Assembly (NCBI GenBank): GCA_963734545.1
Contig: CAVTHO010000006.1
Coordinates: 32,001-96,000, forward strand
Direction of reading: 5' to 3'
Length of the DNA: 64,000 nt
DNA from: an uncultured Spirochaetota bacterium
Lineage (GTDB): Bacteria > Spirochaetota > Spirochaetia > SZUA-6 > Fen-1364
Positions within the stretch are counted from its first letter, which is position 1. Every line of letters begins with the position of its first letter. Shown one piece after another: positions 1 to 9,578 of this stretch. A model generated the notes under the pieces. That model worked only from the letters and a program-made list of their open reading frames with translations. It was not told the DNA's origin and did not search any database. The translations under genes were made by a program, and so were the position numbers.

Positions 1-778
1 AGTGATAGGGGGTAGCGAAATAGCATTGCAAAGGAAAGTGTTGCTCGAGAACCTTGTAGTCATGGAACTCAGTTCCGTTGTCGAACGTGATTGTCTTGAA
101 CTTGGCTCTGTGCGCTGAGATTGCCTCTATGGCGGCTTGATTCACGGAAGCCGCCGTGCGAGAGCTCAGCTTCCGGATGATAGCGAATCCTGATTTTCGT
201 TCCACAAGGGTTAGGATGCAATTGTGAAGGTCCGTTCCTATTACAGTGTCACCCTCCCAGTGGCCCAGCTGCATCCTGGTTTCAACCTCGGGCGGACGCT
301 CCGAGATGTGGCGCTTGCCGGCCAGGATTCCTCGCGAATCCCTTGATCTGTAGCGTTTTCTGTGGGTCTTGGTAACGATTCGCAGGTGCTTGAAAAGCGT
401 GCCTCCATGCTTTTCGTCATCGTAGATGAACTGGTAGATGGTTTCGTGGCTAACGGTGAACGATCCGTTGCGACGTAAGGACCCAGAAATCTGTTCGGGG
501 CTGAAGTCCTGCTCGAGCAAAGCGATCACCTCTTGCCAGTAGCGGGGAGCCATGTGAAAGCCACGGCGGGACCGTTTTCGCCTGGTGGTAGCATAACTGT
601 GGGCAAGATCCGCACGGTACCAACCATCAACGATCTTCTTGTTACGAGCAATCTCGCGACTGATTGTGCTGGGGGAGCGCTGAAGAGCTCTGGCAATGGC
701 GGAAATGGTAGAGTGCCTATTGCGGAACTCGGTAATGGTGTAGCGTTCATCTTGAGAGAGTTGATGATATCTACGCAA
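1..778 (-). CDS. IS30-family transposase (runs off the left edge)
   Basis: Manual minus-strand translation from TTG at 778 (RBS AAGGGGA): LRRYHQLSQDERY..RSPSTISREIARN..SPEQISG..SHETIYQ..GHWEGDTVIG, all typical IS30 motifs. Confidence 0.93.
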   Translation of the reverse strand, partial: MRRYHQLSQDERYTITEFRNRHSTISAIARALQRSPSTISREIARNKKIVDGWYRADLAHSYATTRRKRSRRGFHMAPRYWQEVIALLEQDFSPEQISGSLRRNGSFTVSHETIYQFIYDDEKHGGTLFKHLRIVTKTHRKRYRSRDSRGILAGKRHISERPPEVETRMQLGHWEGDTVIGTDLHNCILTLVERKSGFAIIRKLSSRTAASVNQAAIEAISAHRAKFKTITFDNGTEFHDYKVLEQHFPLQCYFATPYH

Positions 779-855
779 GTATGGATCCCCTTTCTTGGCG
801 GAAAAGTGACACGTACCCAAGTAGCATCTCGACTCTCTCATTTGGTTTCCAGACC

Positions 856-880
856 CTTGCACTTACTTCTTGAATCCGCG
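856..880 (-). mobile_element. IS30 left terminal inverted repeat
   Basis: CGCGGATTCAAGAAGTAAGTGCAAG upstream of the transposase; near-identical copy at 14678-14702. Confidence 0.8.
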
Positions 881-882
881 AG

Positions 883-997
883 CCATAACAAATCGTTGCA
901 GTTGTCCCCTATGAGGCCGCCTGTAGCGGTGAATGCAGCTTGGCATTCCATAGAGTGTTGGGTTGATGCGGCGGGGCAACTGAACTCTATGTTAGAT
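883..997 (+). repeat. attC-type recombination site 1
   Basis: R'' CCATAAC; L'' GTTGCAGTTGTCCCC pairs with L' GGGGCAACTGAAC leaving two extra bases (G898, T905); R' GTTAGAT. Confidence 0.9.
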
Positions 998-1055
998 GCT
1001 TTGAAAGCGGTGCGCGCCGCAGAAACTAGACAATCCAGACCTATGGAGGTACAAT

Positions 1056-1982
1056 ATGTCATATCTTGCTAGTCTTAGGATAAGAACGCCTTTTGCACAT
1101 TTGTCAGTGCTTGCGGCTCTTTGTCTGCTACTTTTGTTGCCGGCCAATACGTCTGCTCAAGAAGTCTCGAGGCAACTTGATGTGGTCTTCTGCAACCACG
1201 ACGGAACCGACCTCAGAGCGGATATCGCATTCCCAAGCGAACTACAAGGTACATACCCCGCTTTGATATTCATCTCTGGGAGTGGATGGGGTAATTGGTG
1301 GGGATATGGAATGGATAGACACCAATTTAACAGCGCTATCGTCACTGCGGCTGAACACGGATATGTCGCGGCGACTGTAGACTATCGGCCCACTTCAATC
1401 AAGGAAAATGGCAAAGCGAAATACCCGCATCCGGCCCAACTTGCGGACGTTCGAAGCGCCATTCGATGGCTACGGGCAAATGCAGCAAAGTATCACGTTG
1501 ATGCCAATCACATAGGAGCGATTGGATGGTCGTCAGGAGGCCATTTGTCACTTATGCTTGGACTCGCTGGCCCTGAACCGGACCAAAAGGAGACCGACAA
1601 TGCTTCTTTTTCCAGTCAAGTCCAAGCTGTTGTAAGTCTGGCGGGACCTACAGAACTTTCTCGCATGTATCATGAGGCTTCTTACCCGGGCATCTCCGAT
1701 GCCTTATCGGATCTTATGGGAGGAACACCAGAGCAAGTTCCTGCAAACTATAGAAAGGCAAGTCCGCTGTACTATGTGACACGCAACGCTCCGCCTATCC
1801 TAATAATCCAAGGCGATAATGATACCGAGGTCCCCTATGATCAAGCAACCCTCTTTGTAGAGGCAATGAAGAACTTAGGTGCTCCGGTCAGCATGGTCGT
1901 ACTAAAGGGATTTGGACATCTTAATGCTTATTATCACGAGGCTATTTTCCCTTTCTTCGATAAAGCGCTAAAAACTAGGTAG
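1056..1982 (+). CDS. Secreted alpha/beta hydrolase (BD-FAE/esterase-like), gene cassette
   Basis: Signal peptide, GWSSGG nucleophile elbow, QGDND and GFGH motifs; cassette ends GTTAGATG (991) and CATCTAAC (3352) are complementary. Confidence 0.88.
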   Translation: MSYLASLRIRTPFAHLSVLAALCLLLLLPANTSAQEVSRQLDVVFCNHDGTDLRADIAFPSELQGTYPALIFISGSGWGNWWGYGMDRHQFNSAIVTAAEHGYVAATVDYRPTSIKENGKAKYPHPAQLADVRSAIRWLRANAAKYHVDANHIGAIGWSSGGHLSLMLGLAGPEPDQKETDNASFSSQVQAVVSLAGPTELSRMYHEASYPGISDALSDLMGGTPEQVPANYRKASPLYYVTRNAPPILIIQGDNDTEVPYDQATLFVEAMKNLGAPVSMVVLKGFGHLNAYYHEAIFPFFDKALKTR

Positions 1983-1996
1983 AAACGACATCGAAC

Positions 1997-3344
1997 TGAA
2001 CCGTTCGGGGACATAGGTAACAAAGTCTTCTGGAGACATAGGTAACACTTATTCTGGGGACATGGGTAACACTCTTCTCGCAAGAGGAGGTGGTGGCCAT
2101 GCCGTGGAAAGGGGTTACCGTGAGCGAACAGAGAGCAAACTTCCTCCGAGACTACGCGCTGAAGTACTACAGCGTGACTGAGTTGGGGGAGATGTACAGT
2201 ATTTCCCGAAAGACCGCCTACAAGTGGATCGATCGCCACGAGGAATTAGGACGCAGCGGTCTGGAGGACCTGTCGCGACGTCCTCATAGTTGTCCTTGGC
2301 AGACACCAGGGTACATTGCCGAGGAACTGGTGAAGGTGCGGGAGAAGCATCCGTACTGGGGACCGAAGAAGCTGCTGGATATCATGGAGCGCAGGCACCG
2401 CAGGTGGCAGCTTCCTTCGGTGGCCACCGCGGCACATATTCTGGCCGAAAAAGGTCTGGTACGTGAGAGGCGCCGGCATCGGCGGGCTCACCCCGGATGT
2501 CCGAAGAGCGTTGCCGAGGGACCGAATGATATCTGGGGATCCGACTACAAGGGTCAGTTCCGAATGGGCAACGGGCAGTACTGCTTCCCCCAGACCGTCA
2601 GCGACCTGCATACGCGCTTCCTTCTGGGGTGCGACGGCCATCCGCAGGTATCCGCGGAGCTGACCAAGGTGCATTTTACAGGGCTTTTTCGCACCTTTGG
2701 GCTTCCCCGACGGATTCGCACCGACAACGGTGTTCCATTCGCGTCCAACGCGCTGGGTCGGTTGTCAGACTTGTCGGTGTGGTACATCAAGCTGGGCATA
2801 TATCCTGAGCTCATCGAGCCAGGTCGGCCGCAACAGAACGGGATCCATGAGCGAATGCATCGAACGCTGAAGCAAGGCACCACTCATCCGCCTGGCAGCA
2901 GTCTGAAAAGCCAACAGGAGAAGTTCGAGACCTTTCGGAAGGAATACAACGAGGACCGCCCTCACGAGGCGCTGCAAATGAAGAGGCCAGCGGAGGTGTA
3001 CCAACCCTCATCGCGGGAACTGCCTGAGCGAATCGAAACCTATGACTACCCCAATCAGTTCCTGGTGAGGCGCGTCAGCCGTTGCGGAACGATTCGAGTC
3101 TTTGGAAATCAAGCGTTTGTCAGTCAGACACTGAACGAGGACTTCGTGGGCCTGGAGGAAGTGGATGACGGCGTCTATGACATCTACTTTTGCTTCTACT
3201 TGATCGGGCGCTATGAATTGCGCACCAATACGATTCATGACATTATTAGCAAGGTGGCGGTGAGCGTCAGTAAGGCAGAGGGGCCATCGAGGGTGTCACC
3301 TATGTCTCCAGAATAAAGTGTTACCCATGTCCCTTGATTGTACA
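1997..3344 (+). mobile_element. IS481-family element inserted between cassette ORF and attC
   Basis: Ends TGAACCGTTCGGGGACATAGGTAACA and (rc) TGTACAATCAAGGGACATGGGTAACA, with repeated GACATRGGTAACA motifs; no clear target duplication. Confidence 0.88.
2099..3316 (+). CDS. IS481-family DDE transposase
   Basis: MPWK start, HTH, W-x-x-DYKG, RTDNGVPF, PQQNGIHERMHRTLK, RPHEAL. Confidence 0.93.
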   Translation: MPWKGVTVSEQRANFLRDYALKYYSVTELGEMYSISRKTAYKWIDRHEELGRSGLEDLSRRPHSCPWQTPGYIAEELVKVREKHPYWGPKKLLDIMERRHRRWQLPSVATAAHILAEKGLVRERRRHRRAHPGCPKSVAEGPNDIWGSDYKGQFRMGNGQYCFPQTVSDLHTRFLLGCDGHPQVSAELTKVHFTGLFRTFGLPRRIRTDNGVPFASNALGRLSDLSVWYIKLGIYPELIEPGRPQQNGIHERMHRTLKQGTTHPPGSSLKSQQEKFETFRKEYNEDRPHEALQMKRPAEVYQPSSRELPERIETYDYPNQFLVRRVSRCGTIRVFGNQAFVSQTLNEDFVGLEEVDDGVYDIYFCFYLIGRYELRTNTIHDIISKVAVSVSKAEGPSRVSPMSPE

Positions 3345-3352
3345 AAGCATCC

Positions 3353-3467
3353 ATCTAACAAATCGTTGCAGTTGTCCCCTATGAGGCCGCCTGTAGCGGT
3401 GAATGCAGCTTGGCATTCCATGCAGTGCTGGGTCGATGCGGCGGGGGAACTGAACTCTATATTATGC
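3353..3467 (+). repeat. attC-type site 2 (R' reads ATTATGC)
   Basis: Near-identical to 883-997; the core G is replaced by A at 3461. Confidence 0.88.
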
Positions 3468-3570
3468 GTTCCTTAGGGTATTGCATTACTGCGAGCAAGT
3501 AGCATATTGTTTGGCTATCGACAGGAACTTTGAACTAGATCCTTGACTCGAAGCGGAAAGGTCAAAGGAA

Positions 3571-3933
3571 ATGAATGTCTTTGTTCACAACATAAATGGA
3601 ACTCAAGTAGCAGAGATGCAGTCTGAAGGCATAGTAGTACGGAGCGCTCGAGACGCAGCGGACATTACAGGTGAACTATTGATCAGCGGAATTACCAAAT
3701 TGATTCTGCACGAAAGGAATATGTCTCCAGAGTTCTGGCAGCTCTCCAGCGGTCTCGCCGAATTGATCCTGCAAGAATTCGCAAGCAAGGCTATTGATGT
3801 AGCTTTCGTAGGAAAGATAGGTCAGGATAAGGGTAAGGACTTTACGGCGCTAGTTGAGGAGAGCGGCCTTAGTAATAAGGCATTCTTCCTAGGCACTGTC
3901 GAATTGGCAAAGACGCAACTCTGCAGAGAATAG
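3571..3933 (+). CDS. DUF4180-like protein, cassette
   Basis: FWQLSSGLAELILQEF..AFVG pattern resembles DUF4180; directly follows an attC. Confidence 0.7.
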   Translation: MNVFVHNINGTQVAEMQSEGIVVRSARDAADITGELLISGITKLILHERNMSPEFWQLSSGLAELILQEFASKAIDVAFVGKIGQDKGKDFTALVEESGLSNKAFFLGTVELAKTQLCRE

Positions 3934-4144
3934 AAAACTACCATAGAGCTTTTACTTTGTCGTGACTCAATGAGGGGAAGATGCTTCATTGCAGATGACG
4001 TATCTATGATACGTTTCGCATGAATGCTCTAAAGATATTTTTTTACATGCATAAACTGTTGATTGAGATAAAAGTCGCCAACACGGAAAAAGGAACCAGT
4101 AGGTCAATAAGGAATGGCGAAGGGAACTAGTCTTGTCGAAAAAG

Positions 4145-5470
4145 TGAATGAGCCAAGGACATAGGTTACAGAACATACTAAAGACATAGGTAGCACTTAT
4201 TCTACGGACATGTGTAGCACTTTCCTCTCAGAGGAGGGTGCCAGCCATGCCATGGGAGGGTGTTACCGTGAGCGAGCAGCGTCAGAACTTCATTCGGGAT
4301 TACGCCGACGGCCACTACAGCAGAACGGAGCTGCTGAACGTTTCGGAATCTCGCGCAAAACCGCCCATAAGTGGGTCAAGCGCTCCAAGGCGGAAGGGCT
4401 GAAGGGCCTGGAGGAGCTCAGTCGGCGACCGCGCAGCCGCCCCTGGCAGACGGACAAGCGGATAGTTGAGGATCTGGTGGCGCTGCGCAAAGCATCCCCG
4501 TCGAAGGGTCCGAAGAAGCTCCTGGGGAAACTACGCAAGCTACACCGCTTTGTTGAATTGCCTGCGGAGTCGACAGTAGCGCACATCCTGGATCGTCAGG
4601 GATTGGTGAAAGTCAAGTGGCGGCATCATCGGGCGCATTCTGGCTGTCCCAAGCGTGCGGCCACCGCTCCCAACGACATCTGGGCGGCTGACTACAAAGG
4701 ACAGTTCCGCCTGAAGAATGGGCAGTACTGCTTTCCGTTGACGGTGAGCGACCTGTATTCGCGCTTCCTGCTGGGCTGTGAGGCACACCCAGTGGTCTCG
4801 ATGGAGCAGACAATTGCGTTTTTCCTGCGGCTTTTCCGCGAATATGGGCTGCCCAATCGGATCCGCACGGATAACGGGGTGCCGTTTGCTTCGTGCGCGT
4901 TGGGGCGGTTGTCGGCTCTGCAGGTAGTGTACATCAAGTACGGTGTCTACCCGGAACTGATTGAGCCTGGCAAACCCCAACAGAATGGGATCCATGAGCG
5001 GATGCACAGAGCCCTCAAGCAGGAGGCCACTATTCCGCCTGCAAGTAGCCTGAAGGCTCAGCAGCGGAAGTTTGATGCGTTTCGTCGACGCAATAACGAG
5101 GCATACCCGAGGGACGTTCTGGACCAAAGCACACCGCAGGAGCTCTACTATCGCTCTGCACGAACATATGACGGCAAATCAGAGCTGTGGCACTATCTAG
5201 ATGGAATCGTGGTGAAGTATGTATGCAGGAATGGGGCTATGCGTTGGGGGGCGGGCAAGTGGGTCATGGTATCCACGACGCTGATTGGCAAATACATTGG
5301 ATTGGAACAAATTGAAGAGGGCAAGTGGCTTGTGTACTATCGAAATATCCTGTTGGGCTACCTGGACGAGAAACAGATGCGTATCATGGACGGGCAGGGA
5401 CGGCTGAAGAGAAATGAAAAAGTGTAAAGGATGTGCTTAGAGAACTGTAAAGGATGTGTTCGGTAGTACA
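4145..5470 (+). mobile_element. IS481-family element, frameshifted and probably chimeric
   Basis: Left end carries GACATAGGTWRCA motifs; right end carries different TGTAAAGGATGTG repeats and ends in TACA. Confidence 0.8.
4247..5427 (+). pseudogene. IS481 transposase with N-terminal frameshift
   Basis: ATG 4247 gives MPWEGVTVSEQR, out of frame with the DDE body (shift near 4330); RPH motif lost. Confidence 0.8.
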
Positions 5471-5543
5471 TTTGCCTGACGATAGTGATTCTTTTGCATG
5501 CATTTTGAGTAGCTATTTGGGAACGTGAGGCATGGGGGAGCGT

Positions 5544-6119
5544 ATGAAAAGTATAGATCTTTACCTGCAACAAAGGGATCAGCGCTTCTATTGCAAGGAC
5601 AACACCGAAACCAGAGAACTAATCGTTGATCTGCAAAATATTGTTGGGGAACCTGCAACCCTGGATGAATTGCGGCTGCTAGATAGGATAGCCCGCAGGG
5701 AATCAAAACACCTTGCAGAACTTTACAGGACTTATAATGGGCTTCAGCTTCAAATCAATAAGAAAACTATTGGCTTGATCATCACATCTATAAGGAATCT
5801 CAAACAACTCAATAAGGACTGGAAGGATTGGTTTCGTCACTCGCCTAGAAGGGAATTGTATGACTATCAGAGAGAGGGGTTTGCTTTCGGAGAGATCTGC
5901 CATAGTGGGAACTATTTCGTAATGTACGGAGGCTATGTTTACTATAGTAGCCATGATTCCGCGGATGATGAGCAGTGGGGATATGGCCTCGATGTTTTTT
6001 TCGACAGAGCCCTGTCTGATCCAACAAGGTTTCTGTGGGAAGTCGGTTGCTACACCAGATATTCGGATGGAAAGACCGATGTGCAATATATACCCAACAA
6101 GTTCCTGTTCAAGCAATGA
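5544..6119 (+). CDS. SMI1/KNR4 (SUKH)-like protein
   Basis: LYRTYNG..FAFGE..SGNYF..VYYSSHD pattern; followed by an attC half-site. Confidence 0.55.
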   Translation: MKSIDLYLQQRDQRFYCKDNTETRELIVDLQNIVGEPATLDELRLLDRIARRESKHLAELYRTYNGLQLQINKKTIGLIITSIRNLKQLNKDWKDWFRHSPRRELYDYQREGFAFGEICHSGNYFVMYGGYVYYSSHDSADDEQWGYGLDVFFDRALSDPTRFLWEVGCYTRYSDGKTDVQYIPNKFLFKQ

Positions 6120-6126
6120 TCATTAA

Positions 6127-6157
6127 TGCGGCGGGGCAACTGAACTCTATGTTATGA
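6127..6157 (+). repeat. attC 3' half-site
   Basis: ATGCGGCGGGGCAACTGAACTCTATGTTATGA matches the right arm of site 1; the left arm is deleted. Confidence 0.85.
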
Positions 6158-6189
6158 CTACTTAGGGTTATAGTGGCTGGCAATGGAAG

Positions 6190-6232
6190 TCGGAACAGTA
6201 GTCCAGGCGTCCTGCCTGGACTACTGTTCCGA
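6190..6232. repeat. Perfect 19-bp-stem hairpin (REP-like)
   Basis: TCGGAACAGTAGTCCAGGC-GTCCT-GCCTGGACTACTGTTCCGA. Confidence 0.85.
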
Positions 6233-6337
6233 TGTGCGCTGAGTCTGCTGAAAGTAAGAAAGGAGCTTGCTGGTCGCCAGCTGAACACGTTTCCATCTGG
6301 GACTGGAGATGCTATCTTTTCTTAAGGCGGACATGAC

Positions 6338-6574
6338 ATGGACAGCCTCTATGACGAACTTTCCGAGAAGCTGAAGGCGCAGTCTCGCGCAACGAGACGC
6401 TCCACGGTGAGAGCAGACATCGGTCTACTACTGTTCTCCAATAGAGATGCGTTGCGCGACCTGTGGAAGGCGGCCGAGCAACATGAAAGGATCCATGACG
6501 CGGCTTCTTTGGAAGACCTTCACAACGCGGTCGAGAAGTTAAGTGGGTTGTTTGGGGAAAGACTCGCGCGGTGA
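6338..6574 (+). CDS. Small hypothetical protein
   Basis: 78-aa ORF with plausible RBS and helical, protein-like composition. Confidence 0.55.
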   Translation: MDSLYDELSEKLKAQSRATRRSTVRADIGLLLFSNRDALRDLWKAAEQHERIHDAASLEDLHNAVEKLSGLFGERLAR

Positions 6575-6954
6575 GCATGAAGCGCATGTTGGCAGTGTGG
6601 ACATGTCCGAAATGTAATAGATCGTTCCTCCGATAGAGTTGTGACCCTTGAACGGTATGTACTTCTGCGCAGCACCCAAATCTTCGCTGACCTGGTGGTG
6701 ATGACAGATGCCATCAGGACTGCAGTTCACATGGGGCGTAAGGTAGGAAGCGTACGACTTACGCTGCGGACCCAAGGTAAATAGACTCCGACTCTGGTAG
6801 CTCGGTTGGGCTTGAGTGCCGAATGACGGACGTGTGCTCTTGAGTCCAAGACCCGCGCGCCCTCGCCATCCCTGGCTCGCCCAAGAGACTTTACATAGGA
6901 TTCGATGGAGCAATAGAGTGCACCGGGCCTGACACATATTCCCGAACGGACAAG

Positions 6955-7150
6955 ATGAGTCGCGCAGAGATTAAGGGTAGATTTGACCAAGGAGTGGCCT
7001 CTCTCTGCAGCCAACGGGATCCAGTATGGCTTCCCGACCATATGCTTGCCTTGATTCCTCAATTGATCAGATCGCACAGCCAGAAGGACAGCGTAGTTCT
7101 TGACATCGGTGCGGGCACCGGGAATTTGTCGCGCTCGGTATATGGACGCT
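6955..7150 (+). pseudogene. SAM methyltransferase N-terminal fragment
   Basis: VLDIGAGTGNLS motif I, then truncated. Confidence 0.6.
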
Positions 7151-7345
7151 TTAAGGATCAGGGACCGCGCCAGAGGAGTGGCCATACATGAATGCTGCCC
7201 CACCGGCTTCATCAATCAGTGCCTCGATATCATCAATCTCCCGCTCAACCGCGCAAGGAAGGGTATGGCTGCTGTCGCCGCAGCCACGTCGGTCGTAGTT
7301 GAATACAGTAAACAACGGCGCAAGCCGTTCGATAGGCCTGGTCCG
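7151..7345 (-). pseudogene. Alpha/beta hydrolase fragment
   Basis: FTVFNYDRRGCGDS..EREIDDIEALI..YGHSSGA. Confidence 0.7.
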
Positions 7346-7489
7346 GATTAGGATAGCCTCGCGCGGAGCGCGCCGGTCACCAAGATGACCGCCGGTCCGG
7401 CACCCTCTGCTTGTCATAAGCAATCTTTGTTCCGTCTCGTGAAGATGGCAGGGTTCTCTTCACAGCCATACCAAAGGAGGGGTGACGAA

Positions 7490-7897
7490 ATGATCAGGTA
7501 TTCTATTGTGGGCATGGGGAGCGGCATTCTATTTGGCTTTATGGACGGCTTTATAAACGCCAATTCACTTGCTCAAAGGTTATACAGGGTCTTTGAACCC
7601 ATCGCCAGGAAGTCAATAAACATACCGGCAGGATTCGCTATTGACATCGTCTACGGTTTCGCCATGGCGGGGATCTTTCTTCTGCTTCGCTCAAGCTTGC
7701 CATTCGAATCTGGGGTACTAAAGGGATTGGTTTTTGGATTGTTAGTATGGTTTTTCCGGGTGGCAATGCAGGTGGCCACGCAGTGGGTGATGTTCAACAT
7801 CCCTATAGGCACACTAATATATGCCTTGGTCTGCGGATTGGGCGAAACGCTTGTACTTGGATTGCTTTACGGCCTCACCTTGAAGCCTTCTGCCTGA
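7490..7897 (+). CDS. Small four-TM membrane protein
   Basis: RBS AGGAGG; hydrophobic segments; KGLVFGLLVWFFRV. Confidence 0.75.
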   Translation: MIRYSIVGMGSGILFGFMDGFINANSLAQRLYRVFEPIARKSINIPAGFAIDIVYGFAMAGIFLLLRSSLPFESGVLKGLVFGLLVWFFRVAMQVATQWVMFNIPIGTLIYALVCGLGETLVLGLLYGLTLKPSA

Positions 7898-8137
7898 ATT
7901 AGGCGATTCCCCCTAATGCTTCGTCTGCACCTGCATGCTCGAGCGTCGATATCGGATTCATTTGTTTCGCGTTCCCCCCGGCAGATGGAATACACTTTGA
8001 CCTTTGCCGCCACATCAGAGGGGGATAGCCGCGGCTTTAAGCCCTCGCGGGATTCGGCAGTAGATCTCCGCGATGAATATTAATACATTGAAGCAGTCTG
8101 CAGATAGGCGAAATGTTGACGAATACAAGGAGGCAAT

Positions 8138-8425
8138 ATGCCAGAATACCTTTTCGATGGAAAGAAACTGAAGAAGCGCTCTGGACAAAAGGAAGGAGAA
8201 CTTGACGGGAATCAGGTTAAGGCCTGGAACGGTGAGAAAGTGGGTGAAATTGAAGGCAAGAACGTTAAGGATTCTCAGGGCAAGAAAGTTCTGGAATTTG
8301 ATGGAAAAAACATTAAGGATGACAAAGGAAAGAAAATAGCGACTCTCGAAGAAGTACGGAAAATAGTCGAAGGGGAGGCTGGAATCTCCCTGGTCGCAAT
8401 GTGGTATTTTTTTGTGTGGAAATAG
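8138..8425 (+). CDS. Small repetitive beta-rich hypothetical protein, cassette
   Basis: RBS AAGGAGG; repeated (D/E)GKxxKDxxGKK units; attC half-site 15 bp after the stop. Confidence 0.75.
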   Translation: MPEYLFDGKKLKKRSGQKEGELDGNQVKAWNGEKVGEIEGKNVKDSQGKKVLEFDGKNIKDDKGKKIATLEEVRKIVEGEAGISLVAMWYFFVWK

Positions 8426-8440
8426 CCAGGATGCCACTAT

Positions 8441-8470
8441 GCATAACGGTCGTTGGAGTTGTCGCCTTGA
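8441..8470 (+). repeat. attC 5' half-site
   Basis: GCATAACGGTCGTTGGAGTTGTCGCC resembles the left arm of the 11454-11565 site. Confidence 0.6.
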
Positions 8471-8854
8471 GGATCGAGAGTTTCTGAGGGTTCAATCATT
8501 CGAAGAAAACCCATGGTCTCCTTCAACTTCTTTGCATATCTCGTCCTTCTCACGTGCTACATGGCAATGGTGGTGCCCAAACCTGCATCAGGACAACGGA
8601 AGCGCAACGCGGACGCCCTGAGGGCCAATCAGAAAGGCGATCCGGCAAGAATGCCTATCCGGAACGATGAAGGCTGCAAATTCGCCTCTGCAACTAGACT
8701 CGACATTCTGTTCCCTATTTAGCACGGTAGAAATTATCCAGCCAATGGGCTACCCTTTGTGTCGGATACAAGGAATTGGGTCCAAGACTGCGATCCACCA
8801 TAGCGACGGAGTGCGCCTTAGCTGACGTGCGAAACAGGAAAGGGCGAAGATTGT

Positions 8855-9382
8855 ATGCAGCATAGTTTACTCATTCCCAGGAATCATAGTATTCGAAAGA
8901 AGGCACGGGGTTCAAAAAGAAAGCTACATTCGATTGAGCGTCGACTTGATTCAATACTTCTTAATATTCCTGATGAAAGCTTGCCTCATGACAAGTTCTG
9001 GCGCTACCACTTGCCTAATCCTGCCAAATTGATCGATTCCACCAATAGTTCTCGTAAATTACGCAAAAGGTTTCTTCAACTATTGGCTGATAAGCTATTT
9101 GAACTTGATAGCAGCATCAAAGGAAAGTACAAAACATTGTTGTTTCTTTCGCTCCCATTTCTTTCCCAATCTCGAATTGATATTTGCATTGATGCCAAAT
9201 ACTTCGAAAAATTGCTAAACAATATCGATGCACCTTCGACTTGGACGCCCTTGAGCCCGGATAGAAGCATCATTAGAGAACTCAACATTGCACTACCAAC
9301 CGAGTATCGAGCTAGGGGCTATCGGAATTCGACTGATCCGAAATCAACGGAAGAGAATTGGATAATATGGAAAGAGACATGA
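8855..9382 (+). CDS. DUF3916-like protein
   Basis: RKKARGSKRKL..WRYHLP..LPFLSQSRI pattern. Confidence 0.55.
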   Translation: MQHSLLIPRNHSIRKKARGSKRKLHSIERRLDSILLNIPDESLPHDKFWRYHLPNPAKLIDSTNSSRKLRKRFLQLLADKLFELDSSIKGKYKTLLFLSLPFLSQSRIDICIDAKYFEKLLNNIDAPSTWTPLSPDRSIIRELNIALPTEYRARGYRNSTDPKSTEENWIIWKET

Positions 9383-9419
9383 GACTCAGCGGGTGCGCGG
9401 ATTCCCTTGAGGCGGACCT

Positions 9420-9523
9420 TAACGAATCCACCGCCGGAGGCGGCTGATTTGAGCCAGGCCAGAAGAGGCCTGGTTTTTCGCGCTCCTTCTCTTAGAACCG
9501 CTCCTTTTCTTCCTGGTATTGCA
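9420..9523 (-). mobile_element. IS200/IS605 right-end remnant
   Basis: Encodes a QYQEEKERF TnpA tail plus hairpins; ~100-bp homologue at 10345-10450. Confidence 0.65.
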
Positions 9524-9578
9524 CGTTCGGAACCCCAAACTAGTGGACAGCAACCCTTAGATTCACGGGTCTACTACA

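Noticed and set aside
533-1072. 179-aa + strand ORF
   Set aside because: Antisense shadow of the IS30 transposase running through the IR and attC.
2009-2072. Short direct repeats GACATRGGTAACA as iterons or a mini-CRISPR
   Set aside because: They are subterminal transposase-binding repeats of IS481, mirrored at the right end.
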